Assembly: GCA_046048995.1 (NCBI GenBank)
Contig: JBJOEZ010000006.1
Span: 12,606 to 76,605, forward strand
Origin: Verrucomicrobiota bacterium
GTDB lineage: Bacteria > Verrucomicrobiota > Verrucomicrobiia > Limisphaerales > JADJPG01
Length of the DNA stretch: 64,000 bases
Reading direction: 5' to 3'
The notes under the pieces are model-generated. The model searched no databases. It saw only the letters and a list, made by a program, of their open reading frames with translations, and was not told the DNA's origin. The translations under genes and the position numbers were made by a program. Below are positions 43,558 to 52,784 of the stretch, in pieces; the first letter of the stretch is position 1; each line of letters opens with the position of its first letter.

Positions 43558-44343
43558 TTAACGGGGCGATTCCGGCCGGCGGACCGGCCCGACGGGCGAA
43601 CCCGGTTCACCTTCAAACGTCACCTGCACGGGGTAGGCCTTGGCGTCGTGGAAGCTGCGCATGAGCCATTTCTCGACGAAGGCGGCCGTCTCGCGCCGGG
43701 CGGACTCACGAATCAGGGACACTCCCTCGCGGCCGCGCAGCACGACCAGCGACCCGATGGAGCGCTTGAGATCCTCCAGAGCCTCGTCCGTCTTGAAGCT
43801 GCCCTTGCGCACCTCGTAGGTCAGCCCGGCCAGGTCCACGGCGGGCTTGTTGACCTGCAGCCGGGGCGCCCGCACCCGGATCACGCCCTCCTCCAGCACC
43901 AGCTGCCAGGGGGCGTTCAGGTCCAGGTAATAGGTGTATTCGACCGGCGCCCGCGCCTCGACCACCACGTCGGGCAGCGGCAGATAACCGAAGGCCGTGC
44001 TCATCTGGTTGGTCTGCGTGAAGACGGCCATCTCCCGCAGGGTGGCCACCTGCAGCCGCTGATGGTTGGTCAGGGTGGTGGCATAGCTGACAAAGGAGGT
44101 GGTGACGGTTCCCTGCTTGAAGGCGGCCGCGATGCTGGCCAGGGCGGACCCGGCCTGGTCGAGGGTCCGGCCGGGGATCTCGCGGCACGTCTTCACAAAA
44201 AACACGACGTTGAGCGTGATGAACAACAGGACCACCCCCCACAGGGTGGTCTTGGCCCAGTTGCCCTCGCCGGCCGGCGGAGGCGCCGTTGGGGGCGGGT
44301 TGGAGGAAGGCGGCGGTGCGGAGCCACCCGTGGATGCGGGCAT
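43558..44343 (-). CDS. DUF4230-like membrane-anchored protein
   Basis: A Pro-rich N-terminus and one TM segment (TLWGVVLLFITLNVVFFV) precede a domain (VTTSFVSYATTL...VEYTYYLDL...) that matches my recollection of DUF4230. The track extension to 44766 overlaps the MBL gene. Confidence 0.6.
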   Translation of the reverse strand: MPASTGGSAPPPSSNPPPTAPPPAGEGNWAKTTLWGVVLLFITLNVVFFVKTCREIPGRTLDQAGSALASIAAAFKQGTVTTSFVSYATTLTNHQRLQVATLREMAVFTQTNQMSTAFGYLPLPDVVVEARAPVEYTYYLDLNAPWQLVLEEGVIRVRAPRLQVNKPAVDLAGLTYEVRKGSFKTDEALEDLKRSIGSLVVLRGREGVSLIRESARRETAAFVEKWLMRSFHDAKAYPVQVTFEGEPGSPVGPVRRPESPR

Positions 44344-44398
44344 GAGCGCAGGTGTAACCCAGCCACCCCGCGCTGACCACGGCAAAGTGCGCGCCGGC

Positions 44399-45247
44399 CT
44401 AGCGGATCGAGCTGCTCCAGCCTTCCCCCGCGCGCAGGATGCGGCAGTCCTGGCCCAGCTCGCGGCAGGCGGCGGCGAACACGGCCGGGTCCGCGGTGTT
44501 GAACTCGAACATCTCGTAGTGGCAGGGGATGGCCAGGCGGGCGTCGATGTCGCGGGCCAGCCGCGCCGCCTGCGGACCGTCAAGGTTGCCCGCCACGCCG
44601 CGGGCGGGGTCGTCGCCGTTGATGGGCAACAGCGCCACGTCCACCCGCCAGCGCGCCAGCCAGGATTCCTGCCCGGGATACCGCAGGGTATCCCCCGCAT
44701 GATAGATCGTCCAAGGCCCCGCCTCCACCACATAGCCCAGGAACCGGTGCCGGCCCGCCTCGTCACATTCCAGCCGGTTGTGCGCCGCCGGCACCGCCTG
44801 CACGGTGAACCCGGCCACGGTCACCGATCCGCCCGCGTTCAGCCCCAGCGGACGGTCGGCCGCGAGGGCGAGCCGGTCGGCCGCAAAGGCGCGGTTGGCC
44901 TCCGGGATGACCAGCTCCAGCCGGGGATTGGCCTGCAAGAGCGGGCCAAGGGTGGCGGCGTCGAGATGGTCGGTGTGGTTGTGACTGGACGTCGCCACGT
45001 CCACAAACCCCAGCCGTTCCGGGGCCACCACCCGCTCCGTCATCCGCACATGCGGGCGCTCCGTGCCGGCGTATTTCCGGGTCAGCGAATCCGAGAGGTA
45101 GGGATCCAGGAGCAGATGCCGGCCCTGCCATTGCAACAGAAAGCCGCTTTGCCCCAACCACCACAGGTGCAGGGAACGCGGCGCCTCGCGCCGGGCACGC
45201 TCGACGTCCGCCAGGAAGGCGTCATCCTGCAGGAGGGGCCGAATCAT
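44399..45247 (-). CDS. MBL-fold metallo-hydrolase
   Basis: An HxHxDH motif sits in SSHNHTDHLD. The LWWLGQSGFLL N-terminal strand is typical of the UlaG-like subgroup. Confidence 0.8.
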   Translation of the reverse strand: MIRPLLQDDAFLADVERARREAPRSLHLWWLGQSGFLLQWQGRHLLLDPYLSDSLTRKYAGTERPHVRMTERVVAPERLGFVDVATSSHNHTDHLDAATLGPLLQANPRLELVIPEANRAFAADRLALAADRPLGLNAGGSVTVAGFTVQAVPAAHNRLECDEAGRHRFLGYVVEAGPWTIYHAGDTLRYPGQESWLARWRVDVALLPINGDDPARGVAGNLDGPQAARLARDIDARLAIPCHYEMFEFNTADPAVFAAACRELGQDCRILRAGEGWSSSIR

Positions 45248-45282
45248 GGGAGAGCGCGGGGCCGCGCCGGGGGCCGGGGGCC

Positions 45283-45672
45283 TCAGGACTTCCAGTCCAG
45301 GGCCCGCTTCTTCACGGCATAGAGGTAGCCCACGAAGAGCACGCCGAGGAAGGAAAGCATGGCGGCGAAGATGACGTCCCGCATCTCGGGGACGGCTAGG
45401 AAATCGCGGTAGACCACGGCCCAGGGATAGAGGAACACCACCTCGATATCGAAGAGGATGAAGAGCATGGCCACGAGGTAGAACTTCACGGACATGCGGG
45501 TGCTGCCCTCGCCGACGGGGATCATGCCGCACTCGTAGGCGATGTCCTTGGCCTTGCTGCGGCGGTTGCGCCAGCCCAGGAACAGGGAGAAGGCCAGGGT
45601 GCTGGCGGCAAAGCCGACCGCGACCAGGCCGAGGAGCAGGATGGGGATGTATTGCTGGAGCTGCGCGTCCAT
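45283..45672 (-). CDS. nuoA: NADH-quinone oxidoreductase subunit A
   Basis: The 129-aa three-TM protein has the conserved YECG (DIAYECGMIP) and FDIEVVFLYPWA blocks. The 604-aa track ORF is an antisense-type N-terminal extension. Confidence 0.85.
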   Translation of the reverse strand: MDAQLQQYIPILLLGLVAVGFAASTLAFSLFLGWRNRRSKAKDIAYECGMIPVGEGSTRMSVKFYLVAMLFILFDIEVVFLYPWAVVYRDFLAVPEMRDVIFAAMLSFLGVLFVGYLYAVKKRALDWKS

Positions 45673-45867
45673 CAGGGGAAAGAGGATAGGCAAGGAGCGC
45701 CCCGGAGGCAAGTCCGGGGCGGACCGGGCCGGCGGTTGGAGCAGCCCTGTTGACTCAAAAATGGGTGTTACCGGGCCATGAACACCCCGGGCTTGAAGCG
45801 GCGGCGGGCCCGGCGGCAAGCTCGGGTCTTCGTCGGCACCCCCGGGGGGACGGCGGAACCTGAAACC

Positions 45868-47259
45868 ATGAAGATCCGAGTTATTGGCGCGGCGGGCGGC
45901 GAGGTGACCGGCTCCGCCTACCTGGTGGAGACGGCGCAGGCGCGGCTGTTGATCGACTGCGGGTTGTTCCAGGGGGGCAAGCGGTCGGAAGCGCTCAACC
46001 GCACGCCGGTCCCGGCCGGGCGCCGGCTGGACGCCGTGCTGCTGACGCACGGGCATTTGGACCACACGGGCCGGCTGCCCCTGCTCGCCAAGGCGGGCCA
46101 CACGGGGCCGGTTTACTGCACGCCGGCCACCATTGAGATGACGGCCCTGATCCTGCGGGACGCGGCCCGGCTGCAGGTGCAGGACGCCGAGCGCCAGAAC
46201 CGCCGGCGCCAACGGGCGGGCGAGCCGCCCCTGGACCCGCTGTATGGCCCGGCCGACGCGGAGGCCATCCTGCAATGCCTGCGCCCGGTGCCCTATCGCG
46301 AGCCGGTGGCGGTGGCCCCGGGGGTGAAGGCCCTCTGGGGCGAGGCCGGGCACATGCTGGGCTCGGCCAGCATCCAGCTGCTCGTGGAGGAACAGGGCCG
46401 GACGCGGCGGGTGGTGTTCTCGGGCGACCTGGGCCCGCGCGGGATTCCCATCCTGCGCGACTATGAACCCTTCCAGCACGCCGACATGGTGTTCCTGGAG
46501 TCCACCTACGGCGACCGGGACCACCGGCCGTTTGACGAGACGGTGCGGGAGTTCGTGCAGATTGTGAACGAGGCGGTGGCGGCGGGCGGGAAGATCCTGG
46601 TCCCCACCTTCGCGGTCGGGCGCGCCCAGCTGCTGGTCAGCCTGCTCGGCTGGATGTTCCGCACCCGCCGGGCCAAGCCCTTCCCCATCTTCCTGGACAG
46701 CCCCATGGCCATCGAGGCCATGGCCATCTACGCCCGCAACACCGAGCTCTTCGACGAGGCGGCCCGCGCCTACCTGGCCGAGAAACCCCTCATGGCCGAC
46801 CTGCAGACCCTCAAGATGTGCACCTCCGCCGAGGAATCCAAGGCCATCAATGACCAGCCCGGCCCCTGCCTCATCATGGCCGGCGCCGGCATGTGCAACG
46901 CCGGCCGCATCCTGCATCACCTGCGCGCCAACCTCTGGCGGCCCGAGTCCCATGTCCTCATCGTCGGCTACCAGGGCGACGGCTCGCTCGGGCGCCGCCT
47001 CGTCGAAGGCGCCCGCGAGGTCAGCATCTTCGGCGAGAAAATCGCCGTGAAGGGCCGCGTCCACACCCTCGGCGGCTTCAGCGCCCACGCCGGGCAATCA
47101 GACCTCCTCAACTGGTTCCAGCTGCTCGCCCCGGCCAAGCCGCAGGTGGTCCTGACCCATGGTGAGGACGGCCCCCGCGCCGCGCTCGCCGCCTGCCTCC
47201 AGAAACGTCACCGCATCAAGGCCATCCTGCCCCGGCTCCAGGAGGTCGTCTCCCTCTAG
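45868..47259 (+). CDS. MBL-fold beta-CASP family RNA-processing nuclease
   Basis: MKIRVIGAAGGEVTGSAYLV is followed by the HxHxDH motif (LTHGHLDHTG). The ESTYGDRDH block and the C-terminal GFSAHAG motif are typical of beta-CASP. Confidence 0.85.
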   Translation: MKIRVIGAAGGEVTGSAYLVETAQARLLIDCGLFQGGKRSEALNRTPVPAGRRLDAVLLTHGHLDHTGRLPLLAKAGHTGPVYCTPATIEMTALILRDAARLQVQDAERQNRRRQRAGEPPLDPLYGPADAEAILQCLRPVPYREPVAVAPGVKALWGEAGHMLGSASIQLLVEEQGRTRRVVFSGDLGPRGIPILRDYEPFQHADMVFLESTYGDRDHRPFDETVREFVQIVNEAVAAGGKILVPTFAVGRAQLLVSLLGWMFRTRRAKPFPIFLDSPMAIEAMAIYARNTELFDEAARAYLAEKPLMADLQTLKMCTSAEESKAINDQPGPCLIMAGAGMCNAGRILHHLRANLWRPESHVLIVGYQGDGSLGRRLVEGAREVSIFGEKIAVKGRVHTLGGFSAHAGQSDLLNWFQLLAPAKPQVVLTHGEDGPRAALAACLQKRHRIKAILPRLQEVVSL

Positions 47260-47275
47260 TCCCCCGCCACACCCC

Positions 47276-48406
47276 ATGTACTTCAACTGGCGCATGTTCG
47301 GCCGGGCCCTCCGGCTGTCGCTGTTCGGGCAACCTTTCCGCCTCCGGCGCTGGGCCTACGTCCTCTTTTTCAGCGGGCTGTTCCTCGTCTTCCTCGGGTT
47401 GGTCGCCCTCGGACGGCTGCTCGACCGGATCCTGTTCCCCGGCCACCGGCGGCAGGCCGTGACCCAGCCGGTCTTCATCATCGCCCCGCCCCGCAGCGGG
47501 ACCACCCTCGTCCAGCGCCTGTTCAGCCTCGACCAGGAACGGTTCGTGCACCTGAAGATGTACCAGACCATCTTCCCGACCGTGTGCTTCCAGCGGCTGT
47601 TCGACGCGGTGGCGTGGATCGACCGCCGGCTGGGCCGGCCGGCCGAGCGGTTGCTGGGCTGGTGCGAACGAAAATGGTTCGGCGGCTGGGATGACATGCA
47701 CAAGATGCGCCTCAACCAGCCGGAGGAGGACGACGCGCTCTTCCTTTACGCGTTTGCCTCCGAGGCCATCTACATGCTGTTTCCCTTCGTGAAACCGCTC
47801 TGGGAGGCGGGGTTCCCCGACGCGCTGCCCCCGGACGACCGGCGGCGCCTGATGGCCTACTACCGCAGCTGCCTGCAGCGGCATCTCTACGCCAACGGCC
47901 CCACCCGCACCCTCCTCTCCAAGGCCACCCAGTCGTCCGGCACCGTGGAATCGCTCATGCAGGAGTTCCCCGACGCCCGCTTCATCACCATCATCCGCCA
48001 TCCCTACCGCTCGGTCGCCTCGCATGTCAGCCTCTTCGTCCCGGTCTGGCAGGCCCATTCGCCGGAGATTGCCAAGGACGGCCCGGTGGCGCGCGACTAT
48101 GCCCAGCTGGCGGTGGAATGGTACCGGCACCTGTTCCGGTTCCGGGAAAAAATCGACCCGCGGCGCTACCACTGCATCGATTACCGGGAGCTGGTGAAAA
48201 ACCCCCGGGCCGCCATCGAGCAGGCCTACGCCCATTTTGGCTGGCCGGTGGGGCCCGCGCTGGCGGCGCGCCTGGACGAGGCGACCCGCCAGCAGGCCGG
48301 GTTCCAGAGCAAGCACGACTACACCCTGGAGGAATTCGGGTTGTCGAAAGAGTGGATTCAGGCTGAACTGGGAGAGGTGCTGGACGCCTATCGACTGGAG
48401 CGTTGA
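47276..48406 (+). CDS. Membrane-anchored sulfotransferase-family protein
   Basis: An N-terminal TM segment (WAYVLFFSGLFLVFLGLVAL) is followed by a PAPS 5'-phosphosulfate-binding loop-like motif, IIAPPRSGTTL. A later RHPYRSVAS block is present. Confidence 0.7.
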   Translation: MYFNWRMFGRALRLSLFGQPFRLRRWAYVLFFSGLFLVFLGLVALGRLLDRILFPGHRRQAVTQPVFIIAPPRSGTTLVQRLFSLDQERFVHLKMYQTIFPTVCFQRLFDAVAWIDRRLGRPAERLLGWCERKWFGGWDDMHKMRLNQPEEDDALFLYAFASEAIYMLFPFVKPLWEAGFPDALPPDDRRRLMAYYRSCLQRHLYANGPTRTLLSKATQSSGTVESLMQEFPDARFITIIRHPYRSVASHVSLFVPVWQAHSPEIAKDGPVARDYAQLAVEWYRHLFRFREKIDPRRYHCIDYRELVKNPRAAIEQAYAHFGWPVGPALAARLDEATRQQAGFQSKHDYTLEEFGLSKEWIQAELGEVLDAYRLER

Positions 48407-48425
48407 GGCACCTGCCGTATCGCCG

Positions 48426-49910
48426 ATGAAGACCGACACCCTTGCCGCCCCCGCCCCGGCCCCGGCCCCCCTGGCCGGGACCACGTCCACGCCCGCACCG
48501 GCCGCCGCGACCCGGCCGCCGCTGGACATCCGGGCCCTGCTGGAACAGCACGCGGGCCGCAACTACGACCTGCACAGCGAGCACGTCAACCCGGCCAACG
48601 TGCGCACCCTGCGGACGATTGGATTCGACCGCTGCTACGTGCGGGCGGAGGGGGCCCACCTGTGGGATGTGGACGGGGTGAAGTACCTGGACATGCTGAG
48701 CGGCTACGGGGTGTTCGGGCTGGGCCGCAACCATCCCGAGGTGCGCCGGATCCTGACCGACTTCCTCCAGGCCGAGTATCCGAGCCTGGTCAAGATGGAG
48801 GCGCCGCTGCTCTGCGGCCTGCTGGCCGAGGAGCTGAAGAAGCGGATGCCGAACCAGCTCGACATGGTGTTCTTCGCCAACTCCGGGGCGGAGGGCGTGG
48901 AGGCGGCCATCAAGTACGCGCGCTGCGCGACCGGGCGGCCGGGCATCATCCATTGCGCCAAGGCCTACCACGGCCTGACCTACGGGGCGCTCTCGCTCAA
49001 CGGCGACGAGAGTTTCCGGGACGGCTTCGCCCCGTTCCTGACCGACTGCCGGAAGATTCCCTTCAATGACCTGGCCGCCCTCGAGCAGGAACTGCGCAAG
49101 GGCGACGTGGCCGCCTTCGTGGTCGAGCCGATCCAGGGCAAGGGCGTGAACATCCCCGCCCCCGGCTACCTGCGGGAGGCCATCGCCCTGTGCCACAAGT
49201 ACGGCGCCCTCTTCATCGACGACGAGGTCCAGTCCGGCATGGGCCGCACGGGCCGCTTCCTCGCCATCGAACACGACGGACCCGGGGTTGACCCGGACAT
49301 GGTGGTGCTGTCCAAGACGCTCTCCGCGGGCTTCGTGCCCGTCGCCGCCGTGCTCTCCAAGAAATGGATCCACGACAAGGTCTTCTCAAGCATGCAGCGC
49401 TCGGTGGTCCATTCGTCCACCTTCAGCCAGGGCAGCTTCGCCATGACCGCCGGCCTGGCCGCGCTGGACGTGATCGACCGGCACGGGTTGATCGCGCGGG
49501 CCGAGCAGTATGGCAACCGCATCGGGAACGCCCTCCAGGCCATGCTGCCGCGCTTTGAGTTCCTCAAGGAAGTGCGCTGGCGCGGCCTCATGATGGGGAT
49601 CGAGTTCGGCGAGCCGCGCTCCTTCGCCCTCAAGGCCGCCTGGACCATCACCCACAAGCTCGACAAGAGCCTGTTCCCCCAGGCTGCCATCATCCCGCTG
49701 ATGGACAAGCATCACATCATCACGCAGGTGGCCGGCCACAACATTGACGTCATCAAGCTGCTGCCTCCCTTCGTGATCAGCGACGAGGATGTGCGCTGGT
49801 TCCTCGACGCCTTCGAGGATGTGCTGGTGCAGATGCACAAGTTCCCGGGCCCCGCCTGGGACGTGCTGACCGACATCGGCAAGATGGCGCTGACTTCCCG
49901 CGCCCGCTGA
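48426..49910 (+). CDS. Class-III pyridoxal-phosphate aminotransferase (acetylornithine/putrescine aminotransferase-like)
   Basis: Blocks are FANSGAEGVEAAIKYAR and FIDDEVQSGMGRTG, with the Schiff-base lysine in VVLSKTLSAG. The N-terminal extension is Pro/Ala-rich. Confidence 0.85.
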   Translation: MKTDTLAAPAPAPAPLAGTTSTPAPAAATRPPLDIRALLEQHAGRNYDLHSEHVNPANVRTLRTIGFDRCYVRAEGAHLWDVDGVKYLDMLSGYGVFGLGRNHPEVRRILTDFLQAEYPSLVKMEAPLLCGLLAEELKKRMPNQLDMVFFANSGAEGVEAAIKYARCATGRPGIIHCAKAYHGLTYGALSLNGDESFRDGFAPFLTDCRKIPFNDLAALEQELRKGDVAAFVVEPIQGKGVNIPAPGYLREAIALCHKYGALFIDDEVQSGMGRTGRFLAIEHDGPGVDPDMVVLSKTLSAGFVPVAAVLSKKWIHDKVFSSMQRSVVHSSTFSQGSFAMTAGLAALDVIDRHGLIARAEQYGNRIGNALQAMLPRFEFLKEVRWRGLMMGIEFGEPRSFALKAAWTITHKLDKSLFPQAAIIPLMDKHHIITQVAGHNIDVIKLLPPFVISDEDVRWFLDAFEDVLVQMHKFPGPAWDVLTDIGKMALTSRAR

Positions 49911-50160
49911 ACGCCGGGCCTTCCCCGGACCCCTTCCCCTCCTCCGGCCGCACCGGAATCCATAAGTCCTTTGTTTCAAGGGATTTGTGTTTCTGGCTAC
50001 GGATGATTCCCACCTGATTTGTAGGCGTTTCCCCGGTCGGCCACCCGGTTCGGATGCGGGGGTAAGCCTGCGTGCCTCCCCCAATACCGCCCGCCCTGTC
50101 CATGGGGGAGTTTCTGCGTAGCCGCGATCGGCCGGTCGATTGCGCAACACACACACACGT

Positions 50161-52707
50161 ATGAAGATCACAAAGCTCCAACTGAACACGATTCGGCGCG
50201 CGGGGCGCGGCTGGGTGGCCGCGGCCATCGGCGTGCTCGGCATCCTTGGCGGACCCCGTCAGGCCGCCTGGGCCAGCAACATCACCTTCCGGGAAATCGT
50301 CCGGAACACCGACTTCGCCACCGCCGGGGTCGGCGGCATGCGCAACGTGGGGAGCGGCACCATCAGCCTGACCGGCGTCACCGGGACGGTCCAGCGCGCC
50401 TGGCTCTACTGGGCCGGCCCGAGCAACCCGACCAACGCCGCCGCCAACGCCGCCGTCTCCATCGACGGCAAGTTCATCATGGGCGAGCACATCGGCACCA
50501 CCAGCGACAACAGCTGGGGATACAAGCGCAGCTTCGCCTACCGGGCCGATGTGACCGACGTGGTGGCGCCCAAGAAGAACGGCGCCTACAGCCTGAGCGG
50601 CTTCATGAAGCAGGGCACCAACGTGAACGTGAATGGCGCCTCGCTGATGGTCTTCTACCAGGACCCGCACGCCTCCAACAACCGCGACATCGTGCTCTAT
50701 GACGGCAACGACTCGAATGCCCCGAACGGCTACGATTCCTCCGACTGGGTCGTCCTCCTGCGCGGCATCCGCTACACCAACGGGATTGTGCGCCTCCAGA
50801 TGCATGTGTCGGACGGCCAGACCTACCGGGATCCCGCCCTCTTCATCAACGGGCGCACCCTGGTCTCCGAGGGGACCGTCTTCTCCGGCGCCAGCGTGCC
50901 GGGCGACAACAACGGCCCGCTCAACAACGGGCGCCTCTGGGACATCAAGAGCTGGGATGTCACCCGCTTCCTCGGCGTGGGCACCAATTACCTGCGCCTC
51001 GGCCATGGCTTCTACAGCAGCAGCGGCGACTGCGTCGCCCTGGTTGCGGCCATCATGAACCTCCCCGCCGGGGCGGCCCCGCCCGATGACCCGACGCTGA
51101 CCAACCGCGCCCCGGCCGTGACGGCCGAGCCGGTGCAGGTCTTCAACACCCCCAAGGCCATCACCCTGCAGGCCAGCGTGAGCGACCTGGATGGTGACTC
51201 CCTCATCACGGCCATCAGCATGAACAACAAGCTGATGTCGACCGGCACCATCGCGCGCAGCACGCCCATCACGATCGGTACGCTCTCGCTGACCTGCCCG
51301 TTTGACCTCGGCTCCAACCAGGTCGTCTTCGCGGCCACGGACGGCGACCTCAGCGGCACCGCGGTCGTGCAGGTGAACATCGTGGACAACACCATGCCCA
51401 CGCTGAACGTCCCGGCCGACATCACCACCACCACCGGGCCCGGCGAGAGCAAGAAGACCGTCACCTTCAGCGCCACGGCCTCCGATGATTTCGGCTCGGT
51501 CAGCGTTTCCTGCGCGCCGCCCTCCGGCTACTCCTTCCCCATCGGCGTGACGACCGTCAGTTGCTCCGCGGTGGACGGGTCGGGCAACACGGCCCGCGCC
51601 GAGTTCCGCATCACCGTCCTCGACGGCCAGGCCCCCACCCTTGCCTGCCCGGCTGACATGTCCCGCCCGGCCATCCCCGGCGGCACCACGGCGATCGTCA
51701 CCTACAGCGTCAGCGCCCAGGACACCGACCCCAACGTGGTGGTCACCTGCGCGCCGCCGTCCGGCAGCACCTTCGCCCTCGGCACCACCCCGGTCACCTG
51801 CACCGCCACCGACTCCTCCGGCAACGCCTCCACCTGCACCTTCCGCGTCGCCATCCTCGACCAGCAGGCGCCCGTCATCACCGTGCCCACCAACATGGTG
51901 GTGGCCAATGACGCCGGCCGCTGCTCCGCGGTGGTCGAATACACCGCCACCGTGACCGACAACGTGCCCGGCGCCATCCTCCTCTGCGTGCCCCCGTCCG
52001 GCAGCGAGTTCCCCGCCGGCACCAACCTCGTGCAGTGCACGGCCACCGACGCCGCCGGCAACACCGCCGTCAAGGGCTTCTGCATCAAGGTCACCGACAG
52101 CGAGGGCCCCCGCCTCACCGTCCCGGCCGACATCACCGTCCCCTGCAGCGCCGGCAAGGCCAACGCCGTCGTCACCTTCAATCCCACCGCGACCGACAAC
52201 TGCTCGGCCGCCACCGTCACCAGCGTGCCGGCGTCCGGCTCGGTCTTCGCCGTCGGCACCAACACCGTCCGCTGCACGGCGGTCGATGCCGCCGGGAACC
52301 GGACCCTCGGCTCCTTCAGGGTCATCGTGCTCGACACCGAGGCCCCGGTCATCAAGAGCATCACCCCCACCAACAAGGTCCTCTGGCCCCCCAACCACAA
52401 GATGGTGCCGGTCTCCTTCAGCGTGAACGCCGTCGACAACTGCGGCTGGGTCACCAACTGCATCATCGCGGTCAAGAGCAACCAGCCGGTCGATGGCGGC
52501 GCCGATGGCACCACCGCCCCGGACTACATCATCACCGGCAGCCTGAGCGTCAGCGTCCTCTCCGACCTCCGCAGCGAGCGCGACGGCAGCACCGGCGACC
52601 GCATCTACACCGTCACCATCCAGACCAAGGACCGGGCCGGCAACGCCGCCACCCGCGACGTCTACGTCACGGTGCCCAAGTCCTACAAGACCGTGAACAA
52701 GAAGTAA
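50161..52707 (+). CDS. Secreted protein with ~300-aa uncharacterised N-terminal domain, Ig-like module and four HYR (hyalin-repeat) domains
   Basis: HYR-type repeats have a P-x-L/I-x-(V/C)P-x-(D/N)(I/M) lead and then a C-x-PPSGS-x-F-x-GT-x-V-x-C-x-A-x-D-x-(S/A)GN core. The four copies are VSCAPPSGYSFPIGVTTVSCSAVDGSGN, VTCAPPSGSTFALGTTPVTCTATDSSGN, LLCVPPSGSEFPAGTNLVQCTATDAAGN and VTSVPASGSVFAVGTNTVRCTAVDAAGN. Confidence 0.85.
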   Translation: MKITKLQLNTIRRAGRGWVAAAIGVLGILGGPRQAAWASNITFREIVRNTDFATAGVGGMRNVGSGTISLTGVTGTVQRAWLYWAGPSNPTNAAANAAVSIDGKFIMGEHIGTTSDNSWGYKRSFAYRADVTDVVAPKKNGAYSLSGFMKQGTNVNVNGASLMVFYQDPHASNNRDIVLYDGNDSNAPNGYDSSDWVVLLRGIRYTNGIVRLQMHVSDGQTYRDPALFINGRTLVSEGTVFSGASVPGDNNGPLNNGRLWDIKSWDVTRFLGVGTNYLRLGHGFYSSSGDCVALVAAIMNLPAGAAPPDDPTLTNRAPAVTAEPVQVFNTPKAITLQASVSDLDGDSLITAISMNNKLMSTGTIARSTPITIGTLSLTCPFDLGSNQVVFAATDGDLSGTAVVQVNIVDNTMPTLNVPADITTTTGPGESKKTVTFSATASDDFGSVSVSCAPPSGYSFPIGVTTVSCSAVDGSGNTARAEFRITVLDGQAPTLACPADMSRPAIPGGTTAIVTYSVSAQDTDPNVVVTCAPPSGSTFALGTTPVTCTATDSSGNASTCTFRVAILDQQAPVITVPTNMVVANDAGRCSAVVEYTATVTDNVPGAILLCVPPSGSEFPAGTNLVQCTATDAAGNTAVKGFCIKVTDSEGPRLTVPADITVPCSAGKANAVVTFNPTATDNCSAATVTSVPASGSVFAVGTNTVRCTAVDAAGNRTLGSFRVIVLDTEAPVIKSITPTNKVLWPPNHKMVPVSFSVNAVDNCGWVTNCIIAVKSNQPVDGGADGTTAPDYIITGSLSVSVLSDLRSERDGSTGDRIYTVTIQTKDRAGNAATRDVYVTVPKSYKTVNKK

Positions 52708-52738
52708 TCGGACCCCGGTTGCTTCCCTGCCTTCCCGT

Positions 52739-52770
52739 CCGCCCGGAACCGCCTCGGTGGTTCCGGGCGG
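52739..52770 (+). terminator. Strong hairpin between convergent genes (possible terminator)
   Basis: A 12-bp perfect stem ccgcccggaacc / ggttccgggcgg has an 8-nt loop. Only a weak T-run (cttt) follows. Confidence 0.4.
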
Positions 52771-52784
52771 CGGCCTTTCCAGGT

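Noticed and set aside
50147-50158. (AC)6 dinucleotide run ending 2 nt before the HYR-protein ATG; it would be in-frame coding if the TTG at 50140 were used. I considered it as a phase-variation tract
   Set aside because: Six units is short for efficient slipped-strand mispairing. I have no population data, and the ATG start leaves the tract non-coding. I noted it but do not claim it.
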